56,374 nt of DNA from positions 1 through 56,374 of the IMG/VR virus record IMGVR_UViG_3300045988_058758. One strand, given 5' to 3'. Each line of letters opens with the position of its first letter. Position 1 is the first letter of the stretch. Under the pieces are notes generated by a model. The model was not told the DNA's origin. It saw only the letters and a program-made list of their open reading frames with translations, and did not search any database. Position numbers and translations under genes: made by a program. This DNA comes from a virus. This document shows, in pieces, positions 14,514 through 23,922 of the stretch.

Positions 14514-14552
14514 GATAAAGGTTGATAAAACATAGAAAAGGAGACAGAGAAC

Positions 14553-14933
14553 ATGAAGAAGTTATTTGTAAGTGTGCCGATGAAAGGCAGAACAGAGGAA
14601 GAAATCAAAGCAAGTATTCAGAAGATGAAAAAGATTGCTGAAATATACGAGGGTGAGGAATTAGAACTTATCGACAGCTACATTGAGGATGACCCACCTA
14701 AAGACAGCAAAGAAGCTGTATGGTATTTAGGCGAAAGCCTTAAGAAGCTGGCGCAGGCTGATGTGTTCATAGGAATTGCGGAGAACTATGATTGGAGTGG
14801 CTGCTGCATTGAAAGGGAAACAGCAGAAAGATATGGCATTAAAGCATATATGATTCCAGCAAGATATGTAATTGATGATTATAATGCACTTGTGCAGAAA
14901 TTACATCCGGCTGTCCGTGACGTATTATTCTAA
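14553..14933 (+). CDS. DUF4406 / nucleoside 2-deoxyribosyltransferase-like protein
   Basis: MKKLFVSVPMKG ... ADVFIGIAENYDWSGCCIERETAERYG; weak recollection of the family. Confidence 0.35.
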   Translation: MKKLFVSVPMKGRTEEEIKASIQKMKKIAEIYEGEELELIDSYIEDDPPKDSKEAVWYLGESLKKLAQADVFIGIAENYDWSGCCIERETAERYGIKAYMIPARYVIDDYNALVQKLHPAVRDVLF

Positions 14934-14938
14934 CAAAA

Positions 14939-14980
14939 TTTTACCGGCTAACAAATAGAGTTAGTTGCTAACCTAGAAAA
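14939..14980 (+). repeat. Conserved intergenic hairpin element, copy 2
   Basis: ATTTTACCGGCTAACAAATAGAGTTAGTTGCTAACCTAGAAA; the stem differs from copy 1 by compensatory changes. Confidence 0.7.
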
Positions 14981-15035
14981 ATTATAGGCAGAGGTCTATA
15001 AGCGCCTTTGCTTTTAAGTGGAGGTGCTTTTCTTT

Positions 15036-16769
15036 ATGGCTAGTCAGAGCCTTATTTCCACAGTTAATGGATATGAAAATTACATAGAGAAAAATGGAAT
15101 AGATGAACAGGTAATTAATGCCTATGTAGACGCTTGCAACGTGGCTATAAACGGCGAGAAAGATATTGAGTATGGACTACAACTCACTAAGAAGGCAAAA
15201 GACATTATAGAGCGTTTCTGCAAGGATAAGACAGGCGGTACAATTTGGGATTTAGAAAAGTATGCTTTTGCAAATAAAGTAGAGTATGAATTGATTAATT
15301 GGTTTTACGATATTTTACTGATTGAAGCACAAAACAAGGTTGTTGACAGTTTTTTTAGATACATAGAAAAGAAACGTGAACCTAAAGAAAGATTCTATAT
15401 GCCGAGAAGAAAACAGTTTATCAAAATAGGCTTAATAGAAGCATTACAAGGCATGATTGATGATAAATATGATATTTTATGTATTTCTCTCCCACCCGGA
15501 ACAGGGAAAACCACAATCGAAAAGTTTTTTCATTCTGCGGTTATAGGTTGGTACTCAAACGGATATAACCTCTTTTATTCACACAGCAGAGACATTACAC
15601 AAATGTATTATGATGGAGTATACGATATTGTCACAAACGCTAACGAGTATACATGGGGAGAAGTGTTCCCTGGACTTGAAGTAACAAGTACAAATGCAAA
15701 ACTTGAACAGTTTAACGTAGGAAAATATAAGCCGTTTCAATCTGTACAATGTACATCCGTCGGCAGTAAAAATGCTGGTAAAGTCAGAGCTAATAAATTT
15801 CTGCTAGTTGATGATATGATAGGCGGCATTGAAGAAGCACTAAACCCAACCTATCTTGATAAATTGTGGGATAAATATGCAGTAGATGCACGACAAAGAA
15901 AGATACCGGACGAGGATGGAAACCCATGTAAAGAAATACATATTGCTACAAGGTGGAGCGTTAGAGACGTAATAGGACGTATTATACAAGCTTATGAGGG
16001 AAACAAGCGAGTTAAAGTAATATCCGTGCCTGATGTAGACCCAGTAACAGGAGAAAGTAATTTTGACTTTGAATTTGGTGGCTATACAGTAAAGGATTTT
16101 GAAGATATTCAGCTACTTATGGATGAAATCTCATATCGCTGCCTGTATAAACAAGACCCTATAGAACGTGAGGGCTTATTATTCCCGGACGATAAAATCC
16201 GCAGATACCTTAATCTACCACACGGAGAACCAGAAATTATCACAGCTCAATGCGATACAAAAGGAAAAGGTACAGATTATTTTGTACTGCCTGTATTGCA
16301 GAAGTACGGCGAAGATTATTACTGCGTTGATTGCGTATGTGACAACACAGCAGATTATGAGCAACAGTATAGAAATGCATCTGCAGTAATTGTGAATAAT
16401 AAGGTTCAAGAGTGCGAATTTGAGCGTAATGCCGGTGGAGATAGGGTCGCAATGGAAGTTAATAAGCGTGTGGAGAGTGTGGGATGGATATGCAATATTA
16501 CAGATACACCGACTGAAACAAACAAAGAAGCAAGAATATTTCAGTGTTCCAACTGGATTCTACAGCACATTATCTTTAAAGACGTATCGCTTTACAAACC
16601 TAATGAATCATACGGAATAATGATGTCGCTTTTAAAACAATATTCAGTATCGGGTAAGAAACAGTTAGATGATGTTCCAGATGTTTTCTCAAACTTTGCA
16701 CTAAGAATGACACAAGGTAATAGAACAGCTAAAGTTGAAGCTGCTATAAATCCATTTAGGAGGTATTAA
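15036..16769 (+). CDS. terL: Terminase large subunit
   Basis: Walker A SLPPGTGKTT; Walker B LLVDDM; size and position ahead of the portal gene; start could instead be GTG at 15018. Confidence 0.85.
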   Translation: MASQSLISTVNGYENYIEKNGIDEQVINAYVDACNVAINGEKDIEYGLQLTKKAKDIIERFCKDKTGGTIWDLEKYAFANKVEYELINWFYDILLIEAQNKVVDSFFRYIEKKREPKERFYMPRRKQFIKIGLIEALQGMIDDKYDILCISLPPGTGKTTIEKFFHSAVIGWYSNGYNLFYSHSRDITQMYYDGVYDIVTNANEYTWGEVFPGLEVTSTNAKLEQFNVGKYKPFQSVQCTSVGSKNAGKVRANKFLLVDDMIGGIEEALNPTYLDKLWDKYAVDARQRKIPDEDGNPCKEIHIATRWSVRDVIGRIIQAYEGNKRVKVISVPDVDPVTGESNFDFEFGGYTVKDFEDIQLLMDEISYRCLYKQDPIEREGLLFPDDKIRRYLNLPHGEPEIITAQCDTKGKGTDYFVLPVLQKYGEDYYCVDCVCDNTADYEQQYRNASAVIVNNKVQECEFERNAGGDRVAMEVNKRVESVGWICNITDTPTETNKEARIFQCSNWILQHIIFKDVSLYKPNESYGIMMSLLKQYSVSGKKQLDDVPDVFSNFALRMTQGNRTAKVEAAINPFRRY

Positions 16770-16775
16770 TCTATT

Positions 16776-17198
16776 ATGACAACTAAGGACTATCTGAATC
16801 AGATAAGTTATTACAACAAGATAATTGATAATAAATTGATAGAAATAACACAGTATAAAGAATTATCATACAGCATATCAGCGGTTGTTAATGAAGAAAG
16901 AGTTATGTCATCATCAGATCCAGACAAAACAGGCTGCGGATATGTCAGACTTGAACAAATGGAAGAAAACCTTGATAAGCTTATAGATAAATACATTGAT
17001 GTAAAGAACAAAATAATAGAGCAGATAGAGCAGATAAACAACGAAGATTATTACACAGTATTGTTTCTAAGATATGTCAGAAAGTTTACATTTGAAAAAA
17101 TTGCAAATGAAACAGACTGGTGCTGGCGGCAAGTACACAGAATACATGCTAAAGCCCTGCAAGCCTTTGAAGATAAATATGGAAATGAATATTTATAA
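16776..17198 (+). CDS. ArpU/RinA-like regulator (sigma-70 region-4-type HTH)
   Basis: YTVLFLRYVRKFTFEKIANETDWCWRQVHRIHAKALQAF. Confidence 0.55.
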   Translation: MTTKDYLNQISYYNKIIDNKLIEITQYKELSYSISAVVNEERVMSSSDPDKTGCGYVRLEQMEENLDKLIDKYIDVKNKIIEQIEQINNEDYYTVLFLRYVRKFTFEKIANETDWCWRQVHRIHAKALQAFEDKYGNEYL

Positions 17199-17291
17199 AA
17201 GATGTCATAGAATGTCATATTGCACTAATGATATACTGTATCTGTAAGAAGTTACAAAGATGTTTTTCATAAACAAAACATTCCTTATCGA

Positions 17292-17325
17292 AAGCACCGT
17301 TACTTAATTGTGATGGTGCTTTTTG
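17292..17325 (+). terminator. Rho-independent terminator
   Basis: AAGCACC/GGTGCTT stem followed by T5. Confidence 0.6.
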
Positions 17326-17345
17326 TTATGCAACGAGGTAAAAAT

Positions 17346-17555
17346 ATGAATTTTTATATGAATAAAGATAAATCAATTATGTGCCCGAACTGCCATAAGT
17401 TTTTAACTAAGGCAGACAGCAAAGACCCAAGAACACATAAACTGGCGTGCAAGCATTGCCACAAATGGATATGGTATGTGCCTAACGATGATGATAATTT
17501 TCAAATTAAAGAAATACCGGACAGCAGAAGTTCAAGTGGTATGACATTTTATTAG
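17346..17555 (+). CDS. Zn-ribbon protein
   Basis: CPNC ... CKHC; RBS GAGG. Confidence 0.55.
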   Translation: MNFYMNKDKSIMCPNCHKFLTKADSKDPRTHKLACKHCHKWIWYVPNDDDNFQIKEIPDSRSSSGMTFY

Positions 17556-17564
17556 GAGCAAGAT

Positions 17565-19001
17565 ATGAACACAATGTATTTTCAAGACCTTGTTAGAGGT
17601 TGTTATGGTAGAAAAATTGCATATACGAATGTAGATACAATAACTGCTAACAATGTTGTTAAGGTTATTGGAAGTACTATAGGTGTATTTAATTGGAATA
17701 AGCCAGTTATTAAGTATCTGTGGCATTACTACAAGGGCGACCAACCGATATTGTATAGACATAAGCTGACTAATGAAGATATTACAAACAAGATTGTTGA
17801 GAATCACGCATATGAGATTGTTCAGTTTAAGGTAGGACAGACGTATGGCGAGCCAATTCAGTTTATTAGCCGCAAAGATGATGAAGCTATCAATAAGGCG
17901 GTTGATATACTCAATGATTTTATGGCGGATGCCAATAAACAAGAAAAAGATATTAAGGCTGGAGAATGGCAATCGGCAACAGGAACATCCTTTAAGGCGG
18001 TTCAACCTAAAAATGGTGATGTGCCATTTAGAATTGTAGCACCTACGCCAATGAACACTTACGTTGTTTACAATGAAAGCACAGAAGAACCTATGCTTGT
18101 TGTGCAAGAACTTAAAGACGAGGATGGAAACTGGTACAAGATGGCATTTTCCGACACTATGTCTTTTAGAATTGTTGACAGCAAAGTAGTTGAAGCAAAA
18201 CTACATACATATGGTGAAATCCCTATTGTAGAGTTCCCTAATAACCACGAAAGAATATCTGATATTGAGCTTGTTATAGGCATGTTGGATGCTATTAATA
18301 ACATGCAGTCTAACAGAATGGATAGCATACAGCAGTTTGTTGAATATTGGGTTAAGTTTGTAAATTGCGAAGTTGATGAAAAAACATTTGCAAAAATGAA
18401 AATGAACCACGCTCTTACAGTTAAGTCCATCAATAAGGATAATAAGTCGGATGTCGAAATTATGACACAAGAGCTTAATCAGACACAATGTCAAGTTGCT
18501 AAGGAAGATTTGTGGGATAACACATTATCTATATTGGCTATACCAAACAAACAGGGCAACACAGGCGGAGATACGCAAGGAGCGGTCGAGTTAAGAAACG
18601 GATGGGATTTCTCTAAGACAAGAGCAAAACTGAAAGACCCTATTGTTAAATCGTGCGAAAAGCGGTTAGCGGTAGTGATTCTTAATATTCTAAGACTTGC
18701 AGGAGAAGACTTAAAACTATCGGTTAGAGATTTTGATGTACAGATAAATCACAGTCCACAAGACAATATGTACACCAAGGCGCAGACGTTGCTTTTACTT
18801 TTACAAGCTGGCATACATCCACTTATAGCAATTAAGACAGTTGGTTTATGGGGAGATGCAGAAAAGACATTCCTTTTATCAAAATCATATCTTGATAATA
18901 TATATAAGACTATTGATGATGTGGAAGAACAAGAAAAGAAAGCACAAGAGATAGTTGATCAACTTAATAATAATCAGCAAAATAAGGCAGTTATCGAATA
19001 A
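17565..19001 (+). CDS. Portal protein (SPP1 gp6-like)
   Basis: 478 aa; located after terL and before the scaffold gene; RBS AGGAG. Confidence 0.8.
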   Translation: MNTMYFQDLVRGCYGRKIAYTNVDTITANNVVKVIGSTIGVFNWNKPVIKYLWHYYKGDQPILYRHKLTNEDITNKIVENHAYEIVQFKVGQTYGEPIQFISRKDDEAINKAVDILNDFMADANKQEKDIKAGEWQSATGTSFKAVQPKNGDVPFRIVAPTPMNTYVVYNESTEEPMLVVQELKDEDGNWYKMAFSDTMSFRIVDSKVVEAKLHTYGEIPIVEFPNNHERISDIELVIGMLDAINNMQSNRMDSIQQFVEYWVKFVNCEVDEKTFAKMKMNHALTVKSINKDNKSDVEIMTQELNQTQCQVAKEDLWDNTLSILAIPNKQGNTGGDTQGAVELRNGWDFSKTRAKLKDPIVKSCEKRLAVVILNILRLAGEDLKLSVRDFDVQINHSPQDNMYTKAQTLLLLLQAGIHPLIAIKTVGLWGDAEKTFLLSKSYLDNIYKTIDDVEEQEKKAQEIVDQLNNNQQNKAVIE

Positions 19002-19109
19002 TCGGTAGCTGCTTTTATTTTATACATTTTGCAGCTATGCGGTAAATAGCAGAAGAACACAGCAGGAGCGACCTGCGGTAACAAAAGCGTGTGTTTAACG
19101 GAGGTAATT

Positions 19110-19664
19110 ATGACAAGAGAAGATGTATTAAAACTTTTTCCAGAAGCAACAGATGAACAGATTACAAATCTTCTTAATCAGAACAATTCAGAAGTTGCTA
19201 CGGAGAAAAACAAGGCAAAGCAGTACAAGGCTAAGGCTGACACAGCAGATGACTTACAGAAGCAGCTTGATGAAATACAGGCTGGCAATCTGACAGAGCT
19301 TGAAAAGGCAAATAAAGCCCTAGATACAGCTAATCAGCAGATAGCCGATTTACAGAAATCTAACGCTATCAGAGACCAGAGGGAAGCAGCTATGACTAAT
19401 TTTAAGATTACTGCTGAACAGGCAAAGACGGTTGTTAAAGATGATGGAAGTCTTGATTACACCGAACTTGGCAAGATTATGTCCGAAAAAGAAACCGCTG
19501 CGGCACAGGCTAAGGAACAGGAGATTGCAAAACATCAGGATATTCCGGGCGGCGGCAGTAATAAAGGCGGTGCAGATAATAAGACAAATGCTGAAAAGAT
19601 AGCAGAAAGTCTTATATCTAATGCACCTAAGAACAATGATGTTTTATCACATTATATTCAGTAA
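19110..19664 (+). CDS. Scaffolding protein (GP20-like)
   Basis: Coiled-coil, Q/K/A-rich; position. Confidence 0.6.
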   Translation: MTREDVLKLFPEATDEQITNLLNQNNSEVATEKNKAKQYKAKADTADDLQKQLDEIQAGNLTELEKANKALDTANQQIADLQKSNAIRDQREAAMTNFKITAEQAKTVVKDDGSLDYTELGKIMSEKETAAAQAKEQEIAKHQDIPGGGSNKGGADNKTNAEKIAESLISNAPKNNDVLSHYIQ

Positions 19665-19680
19665 TAACAGGAGGTAAGAA

Positions 19681-20034
19681 ATGGCAAAGGAAATGAATAT
19701 GCAGTATGAAAAGACTTCATACGCAGGAGACGTTCAGATTTTAAAGAGAGAGCCTAACGAAGCAATCCCATTAACACTTGATTTTGATGGCGTGACAACT
19801 AAAAATGCACAGGGTAAGAAGATTGTCAAAGCAGGCACTCCAATCGGAGCAACCGGCAAGGCTGACAATACAGCCACAGTAGTAGGCATTTTAAGGTTCG
19901 ATGTAACAGAGGACAGACCACAGGGAGTATTGCTTAAAAAAGCATATCTTAATACAAAGGTGGCAGAAGCACATTCTGGCGTTACATATGACGCAACAGT
20001 TAAGACAGCTCTTCCAATGATTGTATTTGAATAA
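19681..20034 (+). CDS. Putative head decoration protein
   Basis: 117 aa between the scaffold gene and an E-type capsid gene, as with lambda D. Confidence 0.45.
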   Translation: MAKEMNMQYEKTSYAGDVQILKREPNEAIPLTLDFDGVTTKNAQGKKIVKAGTPIGATGKADNTATVVGILRFDVTEDRPQGVLLKKAYLNTKVAEAHSGVTYDATVKTALPMIVFE

Positions 20035-20051
20035 TAACAGGAGGTAAATAG

Positions 20052-21125
20052 ATGTTAATTAATGAAGTATTAGACAGTAAGTCTATCGCATTATCGGCAA
20101 CAGAAAACGCTAGTAATCAGATACCTTATCTTGGTTTACAGTGGTTTCCAGAAAGAAAGAAGCAAGGTCTTGATTTAAGCTGGATTAAGACACATAAAGG
20201 ACTTCCAGTATCACTTGCACCATCTAACTTTGACACAATCCCAACACTTAGAGCTAGAGAGGGATTAAGCAAGGAAAAAACACAGATGGCATTTTTCCGT
20301 GAGGGAATGACAGTCGGTGAAGAGGAAATGCTTGAAATCGAGCGTATTCAATCAGCAGATGACCCTTACCTTGCAAGTGCTTTGGCAAGCGTATATGACG
20401 ATACAAATAATCTTGTAAGCGGTGCAGAAGTTGTACCAGAGCGTATGAGAATGTCACTTCTTGCAACAAATGCAGGTCATCCGGTAATTGCTATCGTAAG
20501 TGATGGCGTTCAGTATGCCTATGATTATGACAAAGACGGTTCATATGCAAAAGACCATTACGCAAAGTTAACCGGCACAAGTATGTGGAGTGATACAGCT
20601 AATTCAAAGCCACTTACAGACCTTAACAATGCAAGAAAAAAGTTACAGAAGCAGGGCAAGATTGCCAGATATGCACTTATGAATAGTAATACATTCCAGT
20701 ATCTGCTTGATAATGCACAGATAAGAAACTCAATACTTGCACAGAACCTTACAGCAACTATTGAGGTTGACGATGATACTGTTGTTTCAGTAGTACAGAA
20801 GAGAACAAAGCTTACTATAGTACTTTACGACAAGATGTACATTGATGATGATGACAAGGAGCAGTATTTCTATCCGGATAACAAGGTTACACTTCTTCCG
20901 AAAGGAAGCCTTGGTAGCACTTGGTTTGGCACTACACCGGAAGAAAGAACTGCAAGACAGGTAGCTGATGTCGATGTAACAGTATACGGCACAGGTATCA
21001 CAGTTGCTACAAAGACAGAGTACGGACCACCTATGAAGATGTCGACATTTGCTTCTGAGGTTGTTCTTCCATCATACGAGAATATGGATAGCACATTCGT
21101 ATATGAGGTTCATAGCGAAGAGTAG
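20052..21125 (+). CDS. Major capsid protein (phage capsid E family)
   Basis: 357 aa; N-terminal LQWFPERK...SLAPSNFDT pattern; position. Confidence 0.8.
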   Translation: MLINEVLDSKSIALSATENASNQIPYLGLQWFPERKKQGLDLSWIKTHKGLPVSLAPSNFDTIPTLRAREGLSKEKTQMAFFREGMTVGEEEMLEIERIQSADDPYLASALASVYDDTNNLVSGAEVVPERMRMSLLATNAGHPVIAIVSDGVQYAYDYDKDGSYAKDHYAKLTGTSMWSDTANSKPLTDLNNARKKLQKQGKIARYALMNSNTFQYLLDNAQIRNSILAQNLTATIEVDDDTVVSVVQKRTKLTIVLYDKMYIDDDDKEQYFYPDNKVTLLPKGSLGSTWFGTTPEERTARQVADVDVTVYGTGITVATKTEYGPPMKMSTFASEVVLPSYENMDSTFVYEVHSEE

Positions 21126-21136
21126 GAGGTGCAACT

Positions 21137-21364
21137 ATGAAATATCCATATATAGTGATTCATAATGGTAAATGGTATAACGCGGGTGAAGAGGTTCCGG
21201 AAAATAATAATTCCGGAGCTTCTTTTGATTATAGCAAGACAACCATTAATCGCATGTCTACATCTGATTTACAGGCTTTTGCCACAGAACAAGGTATAGA
21301 CAATGCAGAAGAACTCACAGGAGCAGAGTTAAAGAAGCTGTTAATTGAGAAATTAGGATTATAG
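21137..21364 (+). CDS. Hypothetical protein
   Basis: RBS AGGAGG. Confidence 0.55.
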   Translation: MKYPYIVIHNGKWYNAGEEVPENNNSGASFDYSKTTINRMSTSDLQAFATEQGIDNAEELTGAELKKLLIEKLGL

Positions 21365-21373
21365 GAGATAGTT

Positions 21374-21751
21374 ATGGAATACACCACATTAGAACAAGTC
21401 AAAATCAGACTTAAACAATTTCATATTGATACAGTCACAAATGATGACGAAACTACATCTGATGTGGTAGTGTTCGATAGCAAAGAAGATAATCCGATAA
21501 TCGAACAGCTCATTAAACAAGCTACAGAAGATGTAAAGGCAAGAAGAAACTACCCCGACAGCTACACAGATGAAATGATAACCGAGGACTTGAAGAAGTT
21601 TGAGAGCGTTATTGTTAATCTGACTGTCTATGACCATTCACAAGCAGGCGAAGCATTTATGGCAAGTTACAATGAGAATGGCGTAAACAGAACTTGGAAA
21701 GATAGAGATAGCTTATTTGTTGGGGTATTTCCATTTGCTAAAGTGTTATAG
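21374..21751 (+). CDS. Head-tail connector (gp6-like)
   Basis: TLEQVKIRLK..ID ... IIEQLIKQATEDVKARRNY. Confidence 0.5.
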   Translation: MEYTTLEQVKIRLKQFHIDTVTNDDETTSDVVVFDSKEDNPIIEQLIKQATEDVKARRNYPDSYTDEMITEDLKKFESVIVNLTVYDHSQAGEAFMASYNENGVNRTWKDRDSLFVGVFPFAKVL

Positions 21752-21858
21752 AAGACTGTGCGTTAGCATTTTGCTTATGTCAGCAATATGTTAGCAGGCG
21801 GCGCACATTAAGGGTGGTGGGCGGTGTGCCATTATTAATTATGAAAGGCGGTATATCA

Positions 21859-22182
21859 ATGCCAATAGCAGTAATTATAAGCATAATTTCAGTTGCTTTT
21901 TCCGTCTTTTTCGGATTTTTCAGTTTATCATTCAACTCTAAGAATGATAAACGAAGTGACAGAGTAGAACTTGAAGAACGTGTGAAAGAGAACACGCGAA
22001 TAAATATGAAACTTGACGCAATATCTAACAATACAACGGAGATTAAGAACGAAGTCACAGAAATGCGTAAAGAACTTAATTCTCACGATAGTAGGATAGT
22101 TAAAGTTGAAGAAAGTGTTAAGTCAGCACATCACAGAATTGATGGCATAGAGACAAGACTTAATGATGACAAGGAGGTATAG
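21859..22182 (+). CDS. N-terminal transmembrane plus coiled-coil protein (possible holin partner)
   Basis: IAVIISIISVAFSVFFGFFSL followed by heptad-rich sequence. Confidence 0.5.
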   Translation: MPIAVIISIISVAFSVFFGFFSLSFNSKNDKRSDRVELEERVKENTRINMKLDAISNNTTEIKNEVTEMRKELNSHDSRIVKVEESVKSAHHRIDGIETRLNDDKEV

Positions 22183-22186
22183 CAGA

Positions 22187-22456
22187 ATGGATATAACATC
22201 AGTATCAACAGTAGTTGCAATCGTTGTAATAACATATCTGATAGGCTTAGGAGCTAAGGCAATTCCACACATTAAGGATAATTACATTCCTATAATTGTA
22301 GGCGTTGCAGGTGGTATCTTAGGCGTTATAGGTATGTATGTAATACCGGATTTTCCGGCAAATGACATTCTTAATGCAATCGCAGTAGGAATTGTGTCTG
22401 GATTGTCAAGTACTGGCATAAATCAGATTTATAAGCAGGTAAAGAACAATGCTTGA
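22187..22456 (+). CDS. Holin (Hol44 / phage_holin_5-like)
   Basis: Three hydrophobic helices; IPIIVGVAGGILGVIGMYVIPDFP ... AIAVGIVSGLSSTGINQIYKQ. Confidence 0.65.
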   Translation: MDITSVSTVVAIVVITYLIGLGAKAIPHIKDNYIPIIVGVAGGILGVIGMYVIPDFPANDILNAIAVGIVSGLSSTGINQIYKQVKNNA

Positions 22457-22907
22457 CATTAATAAGCAGGCTATGAAGTATTCGCTTCAAGGACAAACTG
22501 TCACCATCTATGAAAGAGATGATGAGGGCAATATCCTTTATGAGGGATATACCGACACAGAAGGTAATTTTATTCCTTATCTTGATGATGAGGGAAATAA
22601 GATACCCAAAGTCCTTGAAGAGAAAACAGGTTTTTCAGAGCCGGTTGATTTCAAAGCTAACATATCGTTCAGTGGTGGAGAAGCGCAGAGTAAAGAATAC
22701 GGCTTTGATACCGCTGATTTTGACGCTATTTTACTGACAGATAGGAATACATTACCTATTCAAAAAGGCGACCTTATCTGGCTTGATAGCAAGCCTACAT
22801 ACACAGATGATAGCCTCGTTGATGAAACATCAGCGGACTTCACGATTGTAGGTACGAAACCGGCATTGTGTTCAACTAAGTATATGCTTAAAGCAGTTGT
22901 AAAGTAG
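22449..22907 (+). CDS. Head-tail joining or structural protein
   Basis: Position only. Confidence 0.35.
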   Translation: MLDINKQAMKYSLQGQTVTIYERDDEGNILYEGYTDTEGNFIPYLDDEGNKIPKVLEEKTGFSEPVDFKANISFSGGEAQSKEYGFDTADFDAILLTDRNTLPIQKGDLIWLDSKPTYTDDSLVDETSADFTIVGTKPALCSTKYMLKAVVK

Positions 22908-22914
22908 GTGCATT

Positions 22915-23451
22915 ATGGCAAGACATACAATTAATATATCCTTGTCTGAAAAGTCCGTAAATGAAGCTATCAGACAGCTACAACAGTATAAGCAGAGTTT
23001 ACAGTATAAATGTGAACTGCTTGTTGAGCGATTAGCAGAATTAGGCGACAAAGCGGCAATTATGAGTGTTAATGAAAGTCCGCTAGGCAGAACAGTAACA
23101 TTGAGAGTTGAGAAAACACCAACTCAAATGGGCTGTAAAGCCGTTTTAATCGCAACTGGCAAAACTATTGAGGTGGAAGATAGAGAGCCGTTTTACACGC
23201 TTTTAGCAATCGAATTTGGTGCAGGTATTTATTACAACAGCGGCAACGAAAACCCAAAGGCTAATGATTTCGGCTTGGGCGTAGGGACATATCCAGGACA
23301 AATCCACGCATTTGAAGATGGCTGGTACTACTTAGGTAATGATAATCAATGGCACTACACACACGGCGTCAAGGCTACAATGCCTATGTACAACGCCACA
23401 ATAGAAATTGTTAATCAGTATAAGCGTATAGCGAAAGAGGTGTTTAACTAA
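22915..23451 (+). CDS. Structural protein (neck or tail completion)
   Basis: Position only. Confidence 0.35.
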   Translation: MARHTINISLSEKSVNEAIRQLQQYKQSLQYKCELLVERLAELGDKAAIMSVNESPLGRTVTLRVEKTPTQMGCKAVLIATGKTIEVEDREPFYTLLAIEFGAGIYYNSGNENPKANDFGLGVGTYPGQIHAFEDGWYYLGNDNQWHYTHGVKATMPMYNATIEIVNQYKRIAKEVFN

Positions 23452-23867
23452 TGGCAAATGCAAACGATTGGGCGATAGACTTTGAAAACACAGTCACAGC
23501 ACTTGTCAAGGCTAAGACCCTAACACAATTAAAGAAAGCGTACCCGAAGATAGTTATAACAAATGAGGGAGAAAACAGCGGTCAAGCAGTATTCCCGACA
23601 GTATACATACATCTGTTATCAGCGGTAGAGCAAGGGCAAACACTTGATGGACAGACAATTAATGCATTGTTAGCGACATTTCAAGTAGATGTTACCACTA
23701 ACACAAACAAGTCTGACTGTCGCAAGGTTATGGCAGTAATTACAGATGCATTTAAGACAATGAGATTTCAAGGTAACGCAATGCCAGAGTTCTCAATCAG
23801 CAATAAAGTACATAAGAGTACCGCTAGATTCAGACGAATAATAGCGGCAAATGACAGATTAATGTAA
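23451..23867 (+). CDS. Structural protein (possible tail terminator)
   Basis: Position only; TAATG coupling. Confidence 0.35.
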   Translation: MANANDWAIDFENTVTALVKAKTLTQLKKAYPKIVITNEGENSGQAVFPTVYIHLLSAVEQGQTLDGQTINALLATFQVDVTTNTNKSDCRKVMAVITDAFKTMRFQGNAMPEFSISNKVHKSTARFRRIIAANDRLM

Positions 23868-23869
23868 CA

Positions 23870-23896
23870 AAGAGCAGAAATGCTCTTATTTTTTTG
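23870..23896 (+). terminator. Rho-independent terminator
   Basis: AAGAGCA-GAAA-TGCTCTT followed by T7. Confidence 0.7.
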
Positions 23897-23922
23897 CAAA
23901 TTTTTAGGAGGTAAACAAGGCG

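Noticed and set aside
16168-16620. Several 64-73-aa ORFs in other frames or strands inside terL
   Set aside because: They are embedded in a confident terminase gene. They are spurious.
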